A DNA stretch of 64,000 nucleotides from Octopus sinensis (lineage: Eukaryota), in the NCBI RefSeq assembly GCF_006345805.1, contig NC_043006.1, positions 62,496,001-62,560,000 of the forward strand. The letters run 5' to 3'. The first letter of the stretch is position 1. Every line of letters begins with the position of its first letter. The notes under the pieces were generated by a model. It saw only the letters and a list, made by a program, of their open reading frames with translations, made no database searches and was not told the DNA's origin. Positions 13,430-27,599 of the stretch are shown here, piece after piece. Made by a program: the position numbers and the translations under genes.

Positions 13430-14062
13430 ATGATTCCGATGACGAGCAGAGTATGAGACAATGTGAAGCCTCAATACTTGGTCGATGTAGCGAACAGATG
13501 TCTCTGCACAAATGGGTCTATGGTGAGACCCTATCGTCTGCCATAGGGACTCACCACAGTTGTCGATGCAGACGGCGATCTTGACGTGCTGTTGTAACAA
13601 TCAGTCGGCCACTACTTGGACGATCATCCGGGCTGTTTGTGGCATTATATCATTCCCTCAGTTGCTCTGTTGCCCGAATACGTCAGTTCAAGTCATTAGC
13701 AATGACCCATGGGCGTTGACCAGCGTGGAGACATCCGATGGTTTGCTCCCTCTTATTTCGTGTCAGTCTTGGCATGCTTGTAACGTTCGGGAAACGAAAG
13801 ACAGGCCGGGAAATTTGGGTGCGTTTTATACCCAATGAATTAACGTTTTGCACGTGCATCATGCATTTGCGAGCATTACCATGTTCATGAAATGTGAGCG
13901 AGTTCGAACCCCTACATGCAATACTTGTGTTTTCAAAAGAGAGTGGTGTTGTAGGTCAGTGACATATTCCTGATGTCAAGTTACCAAGAAAAGTGATAAA
14001 ATTCATATATTCTCAATATACTGTGTGAGGCAAATGCCTTTTTACTGCGCGACGTTCAGCAT
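13430..14062 (-). mobile_element. Tc1-like transposon 5' fragment
   Basis: Minus-strand DDRPSSGRLIVTTARQDRRLHR matches the Tc1 GRPR linker region. Confidence 0.55.
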
Positions 14063-14096
<34 letters not shown>

Positions 14097-15949
14097 GTGT
14101 GTGTGTGTGTACATACATATGTATATGTATATATATATATATATATGTATATGTATATATATATGTATGTGTATGTATGTATATATCTATGTGTGCGTCA
14201 CTTTATATCTGTGATTGTTCCCACCACCACAAGAGATTAAGAACGGTGTTGGTGTGTCTGCGCCCCTGTAACCTAGCTGTTCGGCAAGCGACAGATGGAA
14301 TAAGTACTAGGCGTCACAAATCGATTTGTTCGACTAAAGCCATTCCATACGGTGCTTAAACATAGCGGCAATTTAATAACTGACGCAAATAAAAAAGAAA
14401 ATTATAAAAGATATCACAATTCTGCTCTCTGGAGAATATCTTGAAGTCATGTGACATTATTAGTTCGAATGCATTACCTGTTTGAGGGAAAGAGAGAGAA
14501 AAAAAGGGATAGAGGGCATTTTAAAAGGTCTTATAGAAGCATTTGTCTGTTCTTAATCTTTTCTTCTTTCTGCCCTCCTTTACTTCTTGTTCTTGTTTCC
14601 TTTTGTCTTTCGTTTCTATAGTTTTTCCTTTGTTATACAATTTATTATATACCTTCCTCGATGCGTGAAGGTTTATCAGTTTTACACAAACATTTCAACT
14701 GATTTAATATTTAAACATATGTACATATATGTGTGTGTGTGTTTGTGTGTATTGAAATCCCTTGAGTGGATTTGGTAGACGAAAACTGAAGGAAGCCCAT
14801 TGCATATGTGTGTGTCTTTATTTGTGCGTTTGTCCCCCTCGACCACTTGTCAACTGGTGTTGGTGTTTTTGCGTCCCTGTAACCTAGTGGTTCAGCCAAA
14901 TTTACCCTTACGCTTTGCAATGAATATGTACTGGGGTAGATTGTTTTACTAAAAGTCTTCAATGATGTACCTCAGTATGGCTACAGGATAATGACAAATA
15001 AGAAAAAGATAAAATGTACGTATATGTGGGGGTTTGAGGTGGGGCTTGTATGAGTGTGTGTATGTGTGAGAAAGAGAGAGAGATGGAAGGAGAGAAGGAA
15101 ATAATGCTTGTGCGGAAATAAATTGTGATGCAACGGTGGGACTAATTCTCTGTATGTTATACTTCTTCATATGTTGTTGATGGATGTGGTGATATAATAG
15201 AAAACATGAACTACCAAATGGAATAATTTCCACTATTTAGTAAAAGGTATCTAATAACATCAGTAAACTCGTCTCTCTCCTATTTCCACTTTTCCAACAT
15301 TTTAATCCCTCCTTAACATGGCTCGGGACAATAAAACAGATGATCAACGATATTCCAATCATACCTAACTCTACAGGTCTTTACATTAGGCCAGGAATAC
15401 GTACATTATTCGATGTTTCCGTCATTTTCTTTATTATCCTATATCACTCCTCTCAGAAGGAAGTTCAGAGCTAATGATCCATTTCATGGTTTACAGCACT
15501 GAATCGGATAAAAGTATCTTCGGAAGTTATCCACAGACCAGTGACATAATTACAACTTAGAAAACTTTCCTAAAACGACTAAAGACATGTTAATGATATT
15601 GAATCAAACAACGGATGAACTTAGAATGATAGTGTATGATTAGAAGGTGACTGTTGCTATTTCTATCACGGCAAGCTTGTTCATTTTTCCTACAAGTTTG
15701 TGGCTGGGAATGCAATAATATGCAAAGAATTATAAGTCACTGAATATCGCCAATTTCTACAACGAAAATTGACTGGTTTATTTTTTCGTCTCTGTCACAG
15801 ATTTCGTACAACTATTTATTTTTTCCAAAGCTTTACTCAAGTTGAAGAATCCGGTAGAACCATTTAACTATTCGGTATCTGCATTAATATATTCTGTTTT
15901 CCCATTTTTTACTTTGTTTCTTAAATTAATATGAGGTGAATTCTTTGTC

Positions 15950-16329
15950 TCTCTTGTAACTAAATAACAAAAAAAATATGTATTGTTCTGTAGCACAAAT
16001 TTAGAAATGATAATACAAATTAATGATCAACGTTCTCACACATACAATCATCACACTGATATTTTTTTAAGTAGAGCATTTAGATACACATTATCTACAT
16101 TATGCATTGTTCTACTTTTATGGTTACATGTTGTAACTGCATGTACATTTAGTAGGTATATCTCTTGCAACTATAGAATAGATGGCTATGTATCTGTACC
16201 ACTGTAGTTATTGACTGCATTAAACATATAGTAGGGAACGCAACTGAAAGAAGATTATCGTATGTGTGAAATCATCACTATTTACAGTAGTAAATTCGAT
16301 TTATATATATATCCAACTATACACACGCA

Positions 16330-16412
<83 letters not shown>

Positions 16413-16908
16413 CATTATTATTATTATTCAGTAGTTTTATTTTTTATAGCGTGCTTTCACTTCACTACCGAGCGCAGCTCTGTGTACCTTAGGTATGTGC
16501 TGTGATTTGTTGTGATCCTCTGATGGTTATTGTATGGAAAGTGTTCTGCGTAGGATGTGTGCAGTGCCTAGTAGTGCAATTTTCTGTATGTTATATGTGT
16601 TTGTAAGTCCTGGTGTTTTTGTTATGTATTTGTCTGAATATTTTTTAATCATGCCTAATGCACCTACTATGATAGGAATTGTTTCTGTTTTTAGATTCCA
16701 CATTCTGGTTACCTCTATTTCCAGGTCTTTGTATTTTGAAAGTATCTCCATTTCTTTTAGAGACACGTTGTCATCTCTTGTAACTAAATAACAAAAAAAT
16801 ATGTATTGTTCTGTAGCACAAATTTAGAAATGATAATACAAATTAATGATCAACGTTCTCACACATACAATCATCACACAGATATTTTTTAAAGTAGAGC
16901 ATTTAGAT
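15950..16908 (+). repeat. 135-bp direct duplication (15950-16085 = 16774-16908) bracketing the Dong LINE end
   Basis: Near-identical tctcttgtaactaaataac..aagtagagcatttagat in both places. Confidence 0.9.
16331..16780 (-). mobile_element. Dong/R4-clade LINE 3' end with (TAA)n tail
   Basis: ORF 16527-16766 KYKDLEIEVTRMWNLKTETIPIIVGALGMI..IQKIALLGTAHILRRTL (restriction-like endonuclease C-terminus), then a short 3' UTR and the (TTA)n tract 16331-16428. Confidence 0.9.
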
Positions 16909-16934
16909 TATTATTATTATTATTATTACCAAGT

Positions 16935-17288
16935 ATCGTGGCACTCCGACGGTTACGATGACGAGGGTTCCAGTTGATTGGATCAAAGAACAGCCTCTTC
17001 GTGAAATTAACCTGCAAGTGGCTGAGCACTCCACAGATACGTGTACCCCTAAAGTAATTCTCGGGGAGATTCAGCGTGACACAAAGTGTGACAGAAACAG
17101 GAAGAAAGAGTGAGAGAAATGTGTAATGAAAGAGTACAGCAGTGTTCACCACCACACCCTACCGAATCCTCATGGAGCTTTAGGTGTTTTCGCTCAATAA
17201 GCACTCGCAACACCCGGTCTGAGAATCGAAACCGCGATCACTACAACCGAGTCTTCTTCCCTAACCACTGGGCCATTGCACCTCCACT
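16935..17288 (-). mobile_element. tRNA-derived SINE family C
   Basis: Minus strand tggcccagtggttaggg (A box)..ggtttcgattctc (B box)..ttgagcgaaaacacc; 3' end abuts (TAA)n. Confidence 0.75.
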
Positions 17289-18400
17289 TATCTAGTATAT
17301 TATAAATCACATTATGTGTGTGTATATTAACAAACACATACAATTCCACAATTCTCAAACAATTTTCACCAAACTTTACACACACGTTACTTATGTCCCA
17401 AGGATGATCATACCCTATAGCATTTTCCCCAGAGCTCCTGCGTAAATAGACAAACCGGGAAAAACCGTAGTATATACGGATTTTTCTCTAATTCGTTGCG
17501 TGTACATAATTTTTTTGCATGTAGGGTCTTCCATAGTCTCTTAATCTATATAGTCATGTATTGGTATTAAAGATGATTTTCACATCTTTAAAATTCATTA
17601 TTTATTTATATGTTGTAATTGTGTATTATTACTTGGTTAGAGAATATTATAAAAGTGAAAGGATTTTGTCTATTTATTTTATTTCGACTGTCCACCAGCG
17701 ACGGTGATTAAATTGAGTAGGAACACAAGTCCGCGAAGAATACCCAATACCAGACGATCTTAATCTCCATATTTAAACTGCATTAAACTTTTGAAAACTT
17801 ACATTTACCTATTCAGAGTTACTTGAAAAGTGATGTTCCCTTCACTCCCTTCTATTTGTTGGTACATTTGTTTACCTACCAATGCGTTGCTTTATTTTAC
17901 AGAAGCGTATTTACCCATCAATTATGATATTTCGAACACGACATCTTTTCACAGCGAACTGCTACAGATTCAAAGCAGTATTCGTGAACTGAAGTCAAGC
18001 TCTTCATCTCTTCATTTTTCGTTACCTGAAGTCAATTTCAGTGTGATCGGATACGTTGTGCACGTTGTAAATACATTCTATTAACTCTCCTTTTTCAAAT
18101 AGGCATTACATTGCCATTTTTCTATCCGAAAAAATAGTTGCTTTTGCTGTTGAATAAAATAAACTCGCAGAAGGGAAGTTTTAAAGTCTTCCTTCAATTT
18201 ACTTACACCACATATGCGGCTGTTTATGACAAGAAATTTCGCTTTCGTGTAAAACAAATATATATTGTAGTCATTATCCCAAAACAATTCAGTAGCTATA
18301 CTTCGCATCGCTTGCAAACGAATATGACCTATAATCATTAAGGTGCAACGACCTCCACAATATCCATGCTTCAATTTGGTTTTCTGTTCCTAGGGTAATC

Positions 18401-18815
18401 AGGAGTGGCTGTGTGGTAAGTAGCTTGTTTACCAACCACATGATTCCGGGTTCAGTACCACTGCGTGGCACCTTGGGCAAGTGTCTTCTACTATAGCCTC
18501 GGGCCGACCAAAGCCTTGTGAGTGGATTTGGTAGATGGAAACTGAAAGAAGCCTGTCGTATATATATATATATATATATATATATGGGTGCGTGTGTGTT
18601 TGTGTGTCTGTGTTTGTCCCCCTAGCATTGCTTGACAACCGATGATGGCGTGTTTATGTCCCCGTTACTTAGCGGTTTGGCAAAAGAGTCCGATAGAATA
18701 AGTACTGGGCTTACAAAAGAATAAGTCCCGGGGTCGAGTTGCTCGATTACAGGCGGTGCTCCAGCATGGCCGCAGTCAAATGACTGAAACAAGTAAAAGA
18801 GTAAAAGAGAGTAAA
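18401..18815 (+). mobile_element. SINE family A, full length
   Basis: Near-identical to 7687-8124. Confidence 0.9.
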
Positions 18816-18939
18816 TAAGATAAAGTGGGGGGGGGAAAGAAAATTCACAGCGACAATGTTCTTCTCAATGGGGGTAACATACCAGTTAAGACAATCTTTT
18901 CCACTTCCTGCATGGATGGTAAGCCAGGGACCATTCTTA

Positions 18940-19640
18940 AATAATTTTCAGTTCATTTTTTTCTTTGATCATTCTAAGTGTACCTACAATCACTGATAGA
19001 TGCCACATCGTTTCAATTTCGATTAGCAAATGTTTTTTTTATTTTCTGAACTTAAGAAATTCTTTTGCCGAGATATTATGGTCAGAGGGTATGTTCATAT
19101 CAATCATTAAACAGGTCTTTCATAACAATATCTGTTTTTTTTACCATTCGTCAGGAATTTTGATTTTATAATATCGACACATTATACAATGTAGATATTG
19201 GCCAATTCTGTCGTGCCTTGATTTATACTCTACTGGTTCTAAAACCTTACACCCAAAGATTAGGTGGTCTACTCTCTCTATCGCATCGTTGCAGTGTCGG
19301 CACTTTTGATCTACGCTATTTTCCATCACACTGACTTGATAGTTCCGAGACAATAAGCTCTGATCTTGGGCAGCCATGATAAACCCTTCAATGTCTGCCT
19401 TTAGCCTTGAGCTCCATTGCCACTGATGGGTGTGCTTCTGGTCTACATCGGTTGTTTGCTACGGGCCACATATTTGCAATGCAGATGTTTTTGTTCCCAT
19501 CTATCAGTCAATTGTTCAAACGCATTTTGCTTTGGCATTGATTTCACCTTCTTTGCAACTACAGTTATTGCACTTCCATCTTGCTGCTTAAACTGCCTAG
19601 AATGCACAAACTCACTCGAACATTTTTTCGCATTCATAAC
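18940..19640 (-). mobile_element. Dong/R4-clade LINE fragment (CCHC knuckle + RLE endonuclease)
   Basis: FIMAAQDQSLLSRNY..KCRHCNDAIERVDHLIFGC..YKSRHD; TCLMIDMNIPSD. Confidence 0.88.
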
Positions 19641-19659
19641 AGAGTGCCAACTATTATTA

Positions 19660-19707
<48 letters not shown>

Positions 19708-19819
19708 GTAGTAGTAGTAGTAGTAGTAGTACATCCGCCTTAGCGAAGACGTAGGTATTGTTATCAGTTGTGTTTGTTTGTCCGTGGACAGATTTTATAA
19801 ATATCCCTGCAACCAATGG

Positions 19820-20930
19820 ACTAGTGAAACAACGAATACAACTGATAGCCCAACGTCTTAGAAAGTATGACAAAAGAATCAAATGTTGTCGACAAAACAA
19901 GATATTCAAGACGGATGCAAACAAATTTCATAGGGAAATTGGCAAAAACGCGATAGAAGTAAAGGAACCACCGAGCAAAAAGAAGAACCTGTGTATGGTG
20001 TGGATAGACTACAGGAAAGCGTTCGACAGTGTTCCAGACTGCAAAAAAGAACGGGCAGAAACAAATTGAGGAGCAGCGGAATCAGAAGCCTCTGCATGGA
20101 CAATATAGACTTCGAAGCCGAAATGCTGATGTAGACCAAGTAAACAACCCATCAGTGGCTGAGAAATTCAGAACGGTTTCATATTAGCGGCACAAAACCA
20201 AAGCTTGCTTACCAAAACCTACCAGCCAAATTTCTTCAAAATGGTTCTGATATCTAAATGCAGATTCTGTGACACATTTGACGAAACATCTCGTCTCGGA
20301 TGTCCTGTACTGACACCAAACGAATACAAAGATCTCCACGATCGTGTAGGACAGTATTAACATTGGAAAATATGTAGACATTCCTGCTTACTGGTATGAA
20401 CATCATCCTTAGCCACTTATTGGAGGTAAACATGTCACTATCCACCGGGATTTTCCAGTCAACACCGACAAATAGATCAATCTAGTCGACCAGAGTAATT
20501 AAAGGCAAGGAAGAAAATACCTGTTAACTAACAGATGTAGGTGTTCCCACTGATAAAAATATATCTGTAAAGGTATTTGACAAATAAAGTAAATACAATT
20601 ACCTGGGAATTGAAATACAAAAGAGGTGCCATCTTAAAAGGAGAACTGTTCCTGTCATTGTGGGTGCCCTAGGTATGACGAAAAGGAATGTCAGAAACAT
20701 CTAAAAAATATCACAGGAGAACCATGTCTCTGTTAAATCCAAAAGATTGTGCTGACAAGTACTGCCCACATCCTTAGAAAAGCAGTATCAGTTTCAATGT
20801 CTGTGTTGTATTACATGAAGATATTTCGCTACTGCCTCTGCTAATACCCATCCCCACGCCATCAGTCATACTGTAACATCTCTTATCCTTCATTCGCCCT
20901 AGGATGCTGGGTGAGTCTCGGCAAGCGACT
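19820..20930 (+). mobile_element. Internally deleted Dong/R4-clade LINE
   Basis: RQNKIFKTDANKFHREIG, WIDYRKAFDSVP (RT), CRFC..GCPVL..HDRVG, DVGVPTDKNI..VPVIVGALGM; (TAA)n at 21108-21180. Confidence 0.85.
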
Positions 20931-21105
20931 CGCTTGACAACCGATGGTGATGTGTTTACGCCCCGGTAACTTAGCGGTTCGTTAAAAAACCGCTAGAATA
21001 AGTACTAGGCTTACAAAGAACAAGTCCCGGGGTCGATTTGCTCGACTAAAGGCGGTGCTCCACCATGGCCGCAGTCTAATCACTGAAACAAGTAGAAGAG
21101 TAAAA
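20930..21105 (+). mobile_element. SINE family A, 3' half (others at 4262-4460 minus, 14205-14410, 14755-15010, 24440-24510, 31195-31410)
   Basis: cttgacaaccgatg..agaataagtact..ggtgctccagcatggccgcagtc homology. Confidence 0.85.
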
Positions 21106-21106
21106 T

Positions 21107-21157
<51 letters not shown>

Positions 21158-22796
21158 TTAATAATAATTATAATTATAATAATCATAATAGCGATAATTT
21201 CTACGATAACTGAAACTCTGAAACGGATCTGGTTCCCATTTTATCTACCCCGAAATGACAGTTTAGTCTGTAGATAACTATGTCTCATAGCCAGAAAATG
21301 CTCTTAAGACAAAAGCAATCTCTAATCGTTTGTTTAAGTAAAACTTAAACTGAATATCCCGTATTTTCTTAATGAGAAGTATTCAGTAATCTAAATATTA
21401 GATATGCTTTTATGGATACAGTTGTGTTGAATGCTTTTGCTTATAGGTGTGATTATCCAGAGTTGACCTGATATGGACAACACCAACTTTATCGTGATGA
21501 CATATCATAACATTTAAATCGTTCCACTTATCGAAATATATTAGCAGTCGTAGCAAGTATCATCATATTTTCAATGCTCTGTAAGGGAAAACATCAATAA
21601 AACGTGCAAACATCTTTATTCTTGTTTATACACGTCACTTTCACGAACGTCCAAACCTTTCATTATTCAATTTAGATATTTTAACCTCAATTTATATCAT
21701 CAATGCATCAAGCACACAACTAAAATTATTTGTTGACCTCTGCTGAACACATCTTAAGAGCAGAATTAATTTTATTACTAACGAGTTCGTGGAATAGTTA
21801 GTTTCCCTATCTGAGTCGTACAAGATTTAATGCACATACTACAAGGATGATTGATTCCCGAACAGAATGCAATACCCTCAGTTGCTTCTTGAAGACACAT
21901 CAAAAGTAACATCCACCATTCTTCTGGAGAACTATGTTTCACTACAGCGCAGAGATCGTTATATCCCTTCGCATATTTGTTCAAGAGACTCAATATATTT
22001 CAATCTTTTGGGTATTGCAAAGGAATTTAATCTTAAATTTAAAACATGCCGTGGGCGTCTTTCAGAAATGCATAACGCTAAAGGGATACAAGTTTCAGGT
22101 TATGATTTGTAACAGGGTATCGGGTTACATCTTATATTTAAGCATACACTTTTGTTGTCCTCAGCGAAAGAGTCAAAACGATCATTTACTGCGCTCGCAG
22201 TGAAATCTGAAATGAGTCGTTAATATTTCTCTTTCTGCTGTGTATACTACAACAAATTAAGCTTATGTATCAACGTTATTTTATTAAACAGTAAAGAGGG
22301 AGCAAGCATGTTTGATGCCGTAAGTCAATATTATCTAGAAGAGAAAAAAAAGGCAAGCTGAAAATGTTAAAATTAACGAAATACAGATTGCAGAAGGCGG
22401 TAAGGCTTTATATTTCACTGATCTCTCCCACAGAACTTATCAGTTTGTATCAGTCCTTAGAAATAAATATTAGGAATGCATGGACAATAATCGGCTACTT
22501 TTAGATGTCGTTTCCCAAAGAATTACCTTTGAAACAGATACCACATGGGAAGTTTTTATTCGAAGTAAATAATCAACTATCTCCCAGATAAATAGTTGAA
22601 GCTGTTCACTGGTATTACCTGGTAATGAATCTAAATAACTTATTCAGTGAGTCATGCTTCCGTTCTTGACGACTTCCGTTACAATTCCCAGTTTACATCC
22701 AATACAACCAGGTGCAGCGTAGCAAAACATTTTTTAACGGAAACGATTGATTCTAATACATAAAATTCTCGTAATTAACCATTAAAACACAAGATA

Positions 22797-22885
<89 letters not shown>

Positions 22886-22900
22886 ATACGGAGCATGTAT

Positions 22901-22942
<42 letters not shown>

Positions 22943-22949
22943 ATACGTG

Positions 22950-23915
22950 CTCCGTATCAAATTATTACGCAGCTCTGTTTTGTGGAAATAACAGATTATT
23001 TAGTCGTTCGAATCCAGATATTTTTTCACTGAATCATGGTAAAATCTGTCTGCGCATACTGTAGTAACATAAATTGGATACCAGCAGGTGTAAACAAACG
23101 GCGGCCATTTTCGTGAAACAGCAAAACTTTTACCGTCCTGCATTATTTGGCAAGTGTCCAATAAAAGTGATATTATGGGTCAAAAACATGATTCAGCATC
23201 GAATGAGAACCCCACCCACGTCTTAGAACTTGGAAAAAACAAAATCAACATTGGAAATATCAAAGATCATGGGAAGAGATAATCGAACTGTGAAAAAAAT
23301 TGTGAAGTCTTCTGCTGTCCGTTCGGGGACTGACAAGCATTAATCGAGGGTTGTTTCCAGGCGTACCCTGCCACATAAAACGTGGGAAACTACGAGGTAC
23401 ACGTGTCTCACTCACCGAGAAGTGTTTAAGGATTTGTGGTAGGAAAGACATTTCTAAATCTACTAGGTGTCGCCTCCTGAAGTAAGTAGCAAAGAATATA
23501 AAACCTTCTATGGACACCGTTTAAGGAAGTGGCCAGCGTGTTCACCCGACTTAAACGCGATAGAAAATCTATCGAGTGCTTTGAAGAAGATATATCAACA
23601 TGGACGGCAGTTTTCAACGAAATATTCTCTGAGAAGGTTTTGTGTATGCTGCAGAGAGTTGAAATAGTTGCCTTCACAAATTCAATTGATAAATGTTTCA
23701 GGAACGTTCTCTCATGTGGAGGTGCATACATCTATCATTAATAACTTTATGACGTCATATTTCTGGTATTATTTCCATTCAGTCGTATCAATATGTTCAT
23801 TATAAAGTCTGCTATGATTATATTTGTTATTAAAAATTGACTGTCGCATTAAATAAATGTTCGTGTTTGCATAATTAGCATTTTTATTAGACCTACCTAA
23901 TAATTTAAGACGGTA
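22950..23915 (+). mobile_element. Decayed Tc1-like transposon
   Basis: WPACSPDLNAIENL motif near 23530; imperfect inverted ends ccgtatcaaattatt / aataatttaagacgg. Confidence 0.7.
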
Positions 23916-24113
23916 AAAATGGCGTCTAGGTAGGTATGTAGGTAGGTAGATAGGTAGATAGAATGAATGATAGAAAAATATAGATATAGGTATATATACA
24001 TATATATATAGATAGACAGAGAGAGAAAGAGGGAGGGATATGTATGCATGCATGTATGTATATGTGTGTGAGTTTATGTGTATGTGATGTGCGTGTGACT
24101 GTGTGTGTATATA

Positions 24114-24420
24114 ACACGTGCGGTCAATAAACTATTACCTAATTTACGGGAAAATGAAAATAACACTGACATCTCATTTTAACAGATATATTTACCAAAA
24201 TTATATAAAAAGATCTTGGAAATACTAAAGAGCAAATTTATTCAATAAAATTGCCATTGACCTCAATCACCGCCTGCAAACGACTTCGGAATCTCCTGCA
24301 ACTCATCTGGACAGTCTCCTTGTTTACGTCGGTCACTGCTGCCATAATTCAAAAGTAAGGTAGTTTCGCTGAATAGTAAAATACTCAACTTGTCCCATGG
24401 AGATGCGGGTTCGTGTGCCG
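24114..24420 (-). mobile_element. 3' end of maT/DD37D-like element (same family as 53810-54410)
   Basis: Shares gaaaatgaaaat.acactgacatctcattttaacagatatatttaccaaaatta with 53845-53898. Confidence 0.7.
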
Positions 24421-24725
24421 TGGCTGTTCGTTGACAACATTTTAAGGCGGTACTCCAGCATGGCTGCAATCAAATGACTGAAACAAGTAAAAGAACAAAA
24501 GAATAAAAACAAGGTTATAAGCAACGAATAACCACTTGTCAATCCCTCGCGTTTCTAAATGCTCTGAGGAAGAAGATATAACACCGAAATAGAGAAATGC
24601 AACGTACAACTTCTGCTGTCTTTTCCTTCTGTAATCTACTTTACATCCCATTGTCCTGTTATGGCCTTACACAAGAAATCTTTTTTATATATGTGTGTGT
24701 GTGTGTCTGTGTGTCTGTCTGTATT

Positions 24726-24774
<49 letters not shown>

Positions 24775-25855
24775 GTATATGTATATGTATGTATTACTGA
24801 GTATAGGTCGGTTTAAGGTGGAATGTGTAAATATACATTTAGTTTCTGTAGTTACATCCATCCAATGATTTCTCAAATTTTAGTGTAAAGTCATGATACT
24901 GAAATACCAATGGGCCTTAAATGACTAGTCCTTCTGCTTATGCTTATTGAGCATTTAGTGTTCTATCCAACTTGTAGCTTTCTTATTTAAACTGCATGTT
25001 CGACTAACCTACCATATGCAAATCGGACAAAGCCAGAGGACTCTTTAAACAACGGAGAATCTGTTTATAGACATGTTTCGGAAACGTCTTCCCCCAGTTC
25101 AACCGGCTATCATCCGCTAAGAAAAAATCTATTTCAATTCAAAGGGTATTTACACACCTATTCATTGGCCAACATATATCACATCATCAGAACGTAATTC
25201 TAAACTGAACAGGCCTTACTCTGAACAGCGGCAAACAGCTATACTCACATTTATTTTGTTTCACAGATTTTGCTTTCTCGTATCATTATATCCCTTCAAT
25301 ACATAGTGGATGTAGTGATACGTTCTTTTTTGGGGCACTATTATCTACTGCATTTGACTTGTGAGTAGGAGTTAATGTTAAGCTTAAATTTCAACTTAGC
25401 AATTACAATCTACTCTCTAAGTCGGCTATAAATTGAGTGTTCAACCAGTTCTAATTTAGAAATCCACTTGTGCAGGTATCTGCTTGAAGATTTGAAACAT
25501 CTAGAGACACAACGCAATTGATTCTTCTTTGCTGTTCAAGTAGCTCCTTGAATCTCTCCTGTTTAAGATTCTTCTCTTCTTTTCCAGATAAGATACATCT
25601 CCTTAGAAAGGCGACATAACGAGAAAATTATTCTTCACTGTTCAGGATGCTTCGTGATCTTGAGCGTTTCTATTGCAAATTGTTGACAATGTCTGTCAAG
25701 TCCATGGCATGACCCTTCCTGTACAACAATAATTCTTTTTAAAAATATGTTGCTTTCTCCAACGGTTTTCAGAAATTAATTATATATTAAAAGGAGTACT
25801 TCAAGATACTTATAAATGCAAATAAACAGGATATATATATGTGTGTGTGTGTGTT

Positions 25856-25896
<41 letters not shown>

Positions 25897-26640
25897 GTAT
25901 GTATATATATAAATATATATATGTCTGTTTGTCTGTATGTATGTATGAATGTATGTATGCATACATGTAGTGAACCTAAGTTTAAAGCTATTTTGTTTCT
26001 CTAATATATATAGCTACATGCACAAGTACACAGTTTCTATTGAAAGAGTACAAAGAAATATTCTTATAATTTGATTTTTGAGAGGTTTTTGTTGTTAGAA
26101 ATAAACAGGTCTTAAGAGGTTTTGTAATCTATATGAAATTGTGAGGTGCATAGTGAACACTCTGAGGAATGTTTTACGTCTATTTGTAGATGCATTTTAA
26201 CTATTGGGTGAATAAAATCCTATGTTGTAGGATGTGTTGCTCCTATGTTGTGATTTTTTTTGTTTCATATTTGTATGGAGGCAGGGTGTGTGATTCTCGA
26301 TATATTGCACTTTGTTAAGTCAGGATTACTAAATATTTTCTGATGATTGATTATATATACCTACTAATATTCTTTGTAATGTACTGTATGATGATTATGA
26401 CCATGTGCATACGCTTGTGGTTTCGAAGTATGTTTTCTTCTCATTGATTTTACCGTACGTGTTGTTTTTGCTGGTCTAATGTAGGTCTAGTGTCTTTTGC
26501 AAGAAATTTGCTACATACATATGTACATTCATATATACAAGCTTACAGACAACATAAGTCGAAATATACTTGTATATATGTGCTTGTATGTGTGTGTTTG
26601 CGTGTATGTCTGTGTATACATGTATAAATATGTAAATTTA

Positions 26641-26678
<38 letters not shown>

Positions 26679-26740
26679 CATATGTACATATATATATATT
26701 CATACATACAAACATACATATACATACATACATATACATA

Positions 26741-26775
<35 letters not shown>

Positions 26776-26867
26776 CGATAACATTTTTATCAGAATTTAT
26801 CAAGTAGTTAGCGTGAAAAACCTCATAAGGGAAAAAATCAATTATTCCTCATAAATATATTTACTTA

Positions 26868-27088
26868 TATTAAGGGCTGTAGTATATATAAATGCCTCAC
26901 GCTAGGAGGGACGCTTAAAGTCAGAACAACCGTAATAAATAGACACATTGTACCGAACTCGAGGGAATGCAACTCTGCAAGCGAGCAGTTTAAACACGGA
27001 ATTCAGCTGCATATCAAATGATTTCATAATTATTGCACAAAATGCCTCCTAGCGTGAGGCATTTATGTATAGTAATGCCCTTAATATA
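26868..27088. repeat. Short element with ~40-bp inverted ends
   Basis: taagggctgtagtatatataaatgcctcacgctaggagg / cctcctagcgtgaggcatttatgtatagtaatgccctta; a related end is at 6553-6595. Confidence 0.75.
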
Positions 27089-27093
27089 CGTAC

Positions 27094-27160
<67 letters not shown>

Positions 27161-27183
27161 TATATATATACACAATAGACACA

Positions 27184-27388
27184 ACCTTTAACAAGTAGTT
27201 TTGCACGCTAGATGAAGCAGTCAAAACGACCAAAACCATATTTAAGAGAAATGTTTTTACGGCAAAACCGTACAAAAAGTAGCAAGATAAAAGTTTTTTA
27301 TTTTTCTTTCCCTTCGAAGTTGCTCTTAAATGTGGTTTTGATTGTTTTGCCTGCTTCTTCTTGCGTGTAAAACAACCTGTTAAAGGTC
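27184..27388. repeat. Short element with ~65-bp diverged inverted ends
   Basis: acctttaacaagtagttttgcacgc..aaaaccatatttaagag / ctcttaaatgtggtttt..gcgtgtaaaacaacctgttaaaggt. Confidence 0.7.
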
Positions 27389-27599
27389 GCTTCTCTTGTG
27401 TTTAAATGTACACTATTTTGTATTGAGAATATGTTGTCTATTGAATATTTATACATGCTACGCCGCTGGTAGTGAAATTATACTTTATATACGTTATAAA
27501 TTTTACGTATATATATATAAGAGAGAGAGAGAGAGAGAGTGAAAAACTACAGAGCACTTGTGTTATTTGGTTAAAGAATATAATTAAATAGTTATGTTA

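Noticed and set aside
16262-16505. Poly-Leu/poly-Tyr ORFs
   Set aside because: Translation of the (TTA)n LINE tail.
21200-22750. Short ORFs in non-repetitive DNA (also at 12.2-12.7 and 17.8-18.4 kb)
   Set aside because: No recognisable domains or convincing splice-bounded exons.
25066-25110. Minus-strand ggaa..ttccGAAACATGTC resembling a hammerhead 3' half
   Set aside because: No credible CUGANGA-type core or adjacent stem I.
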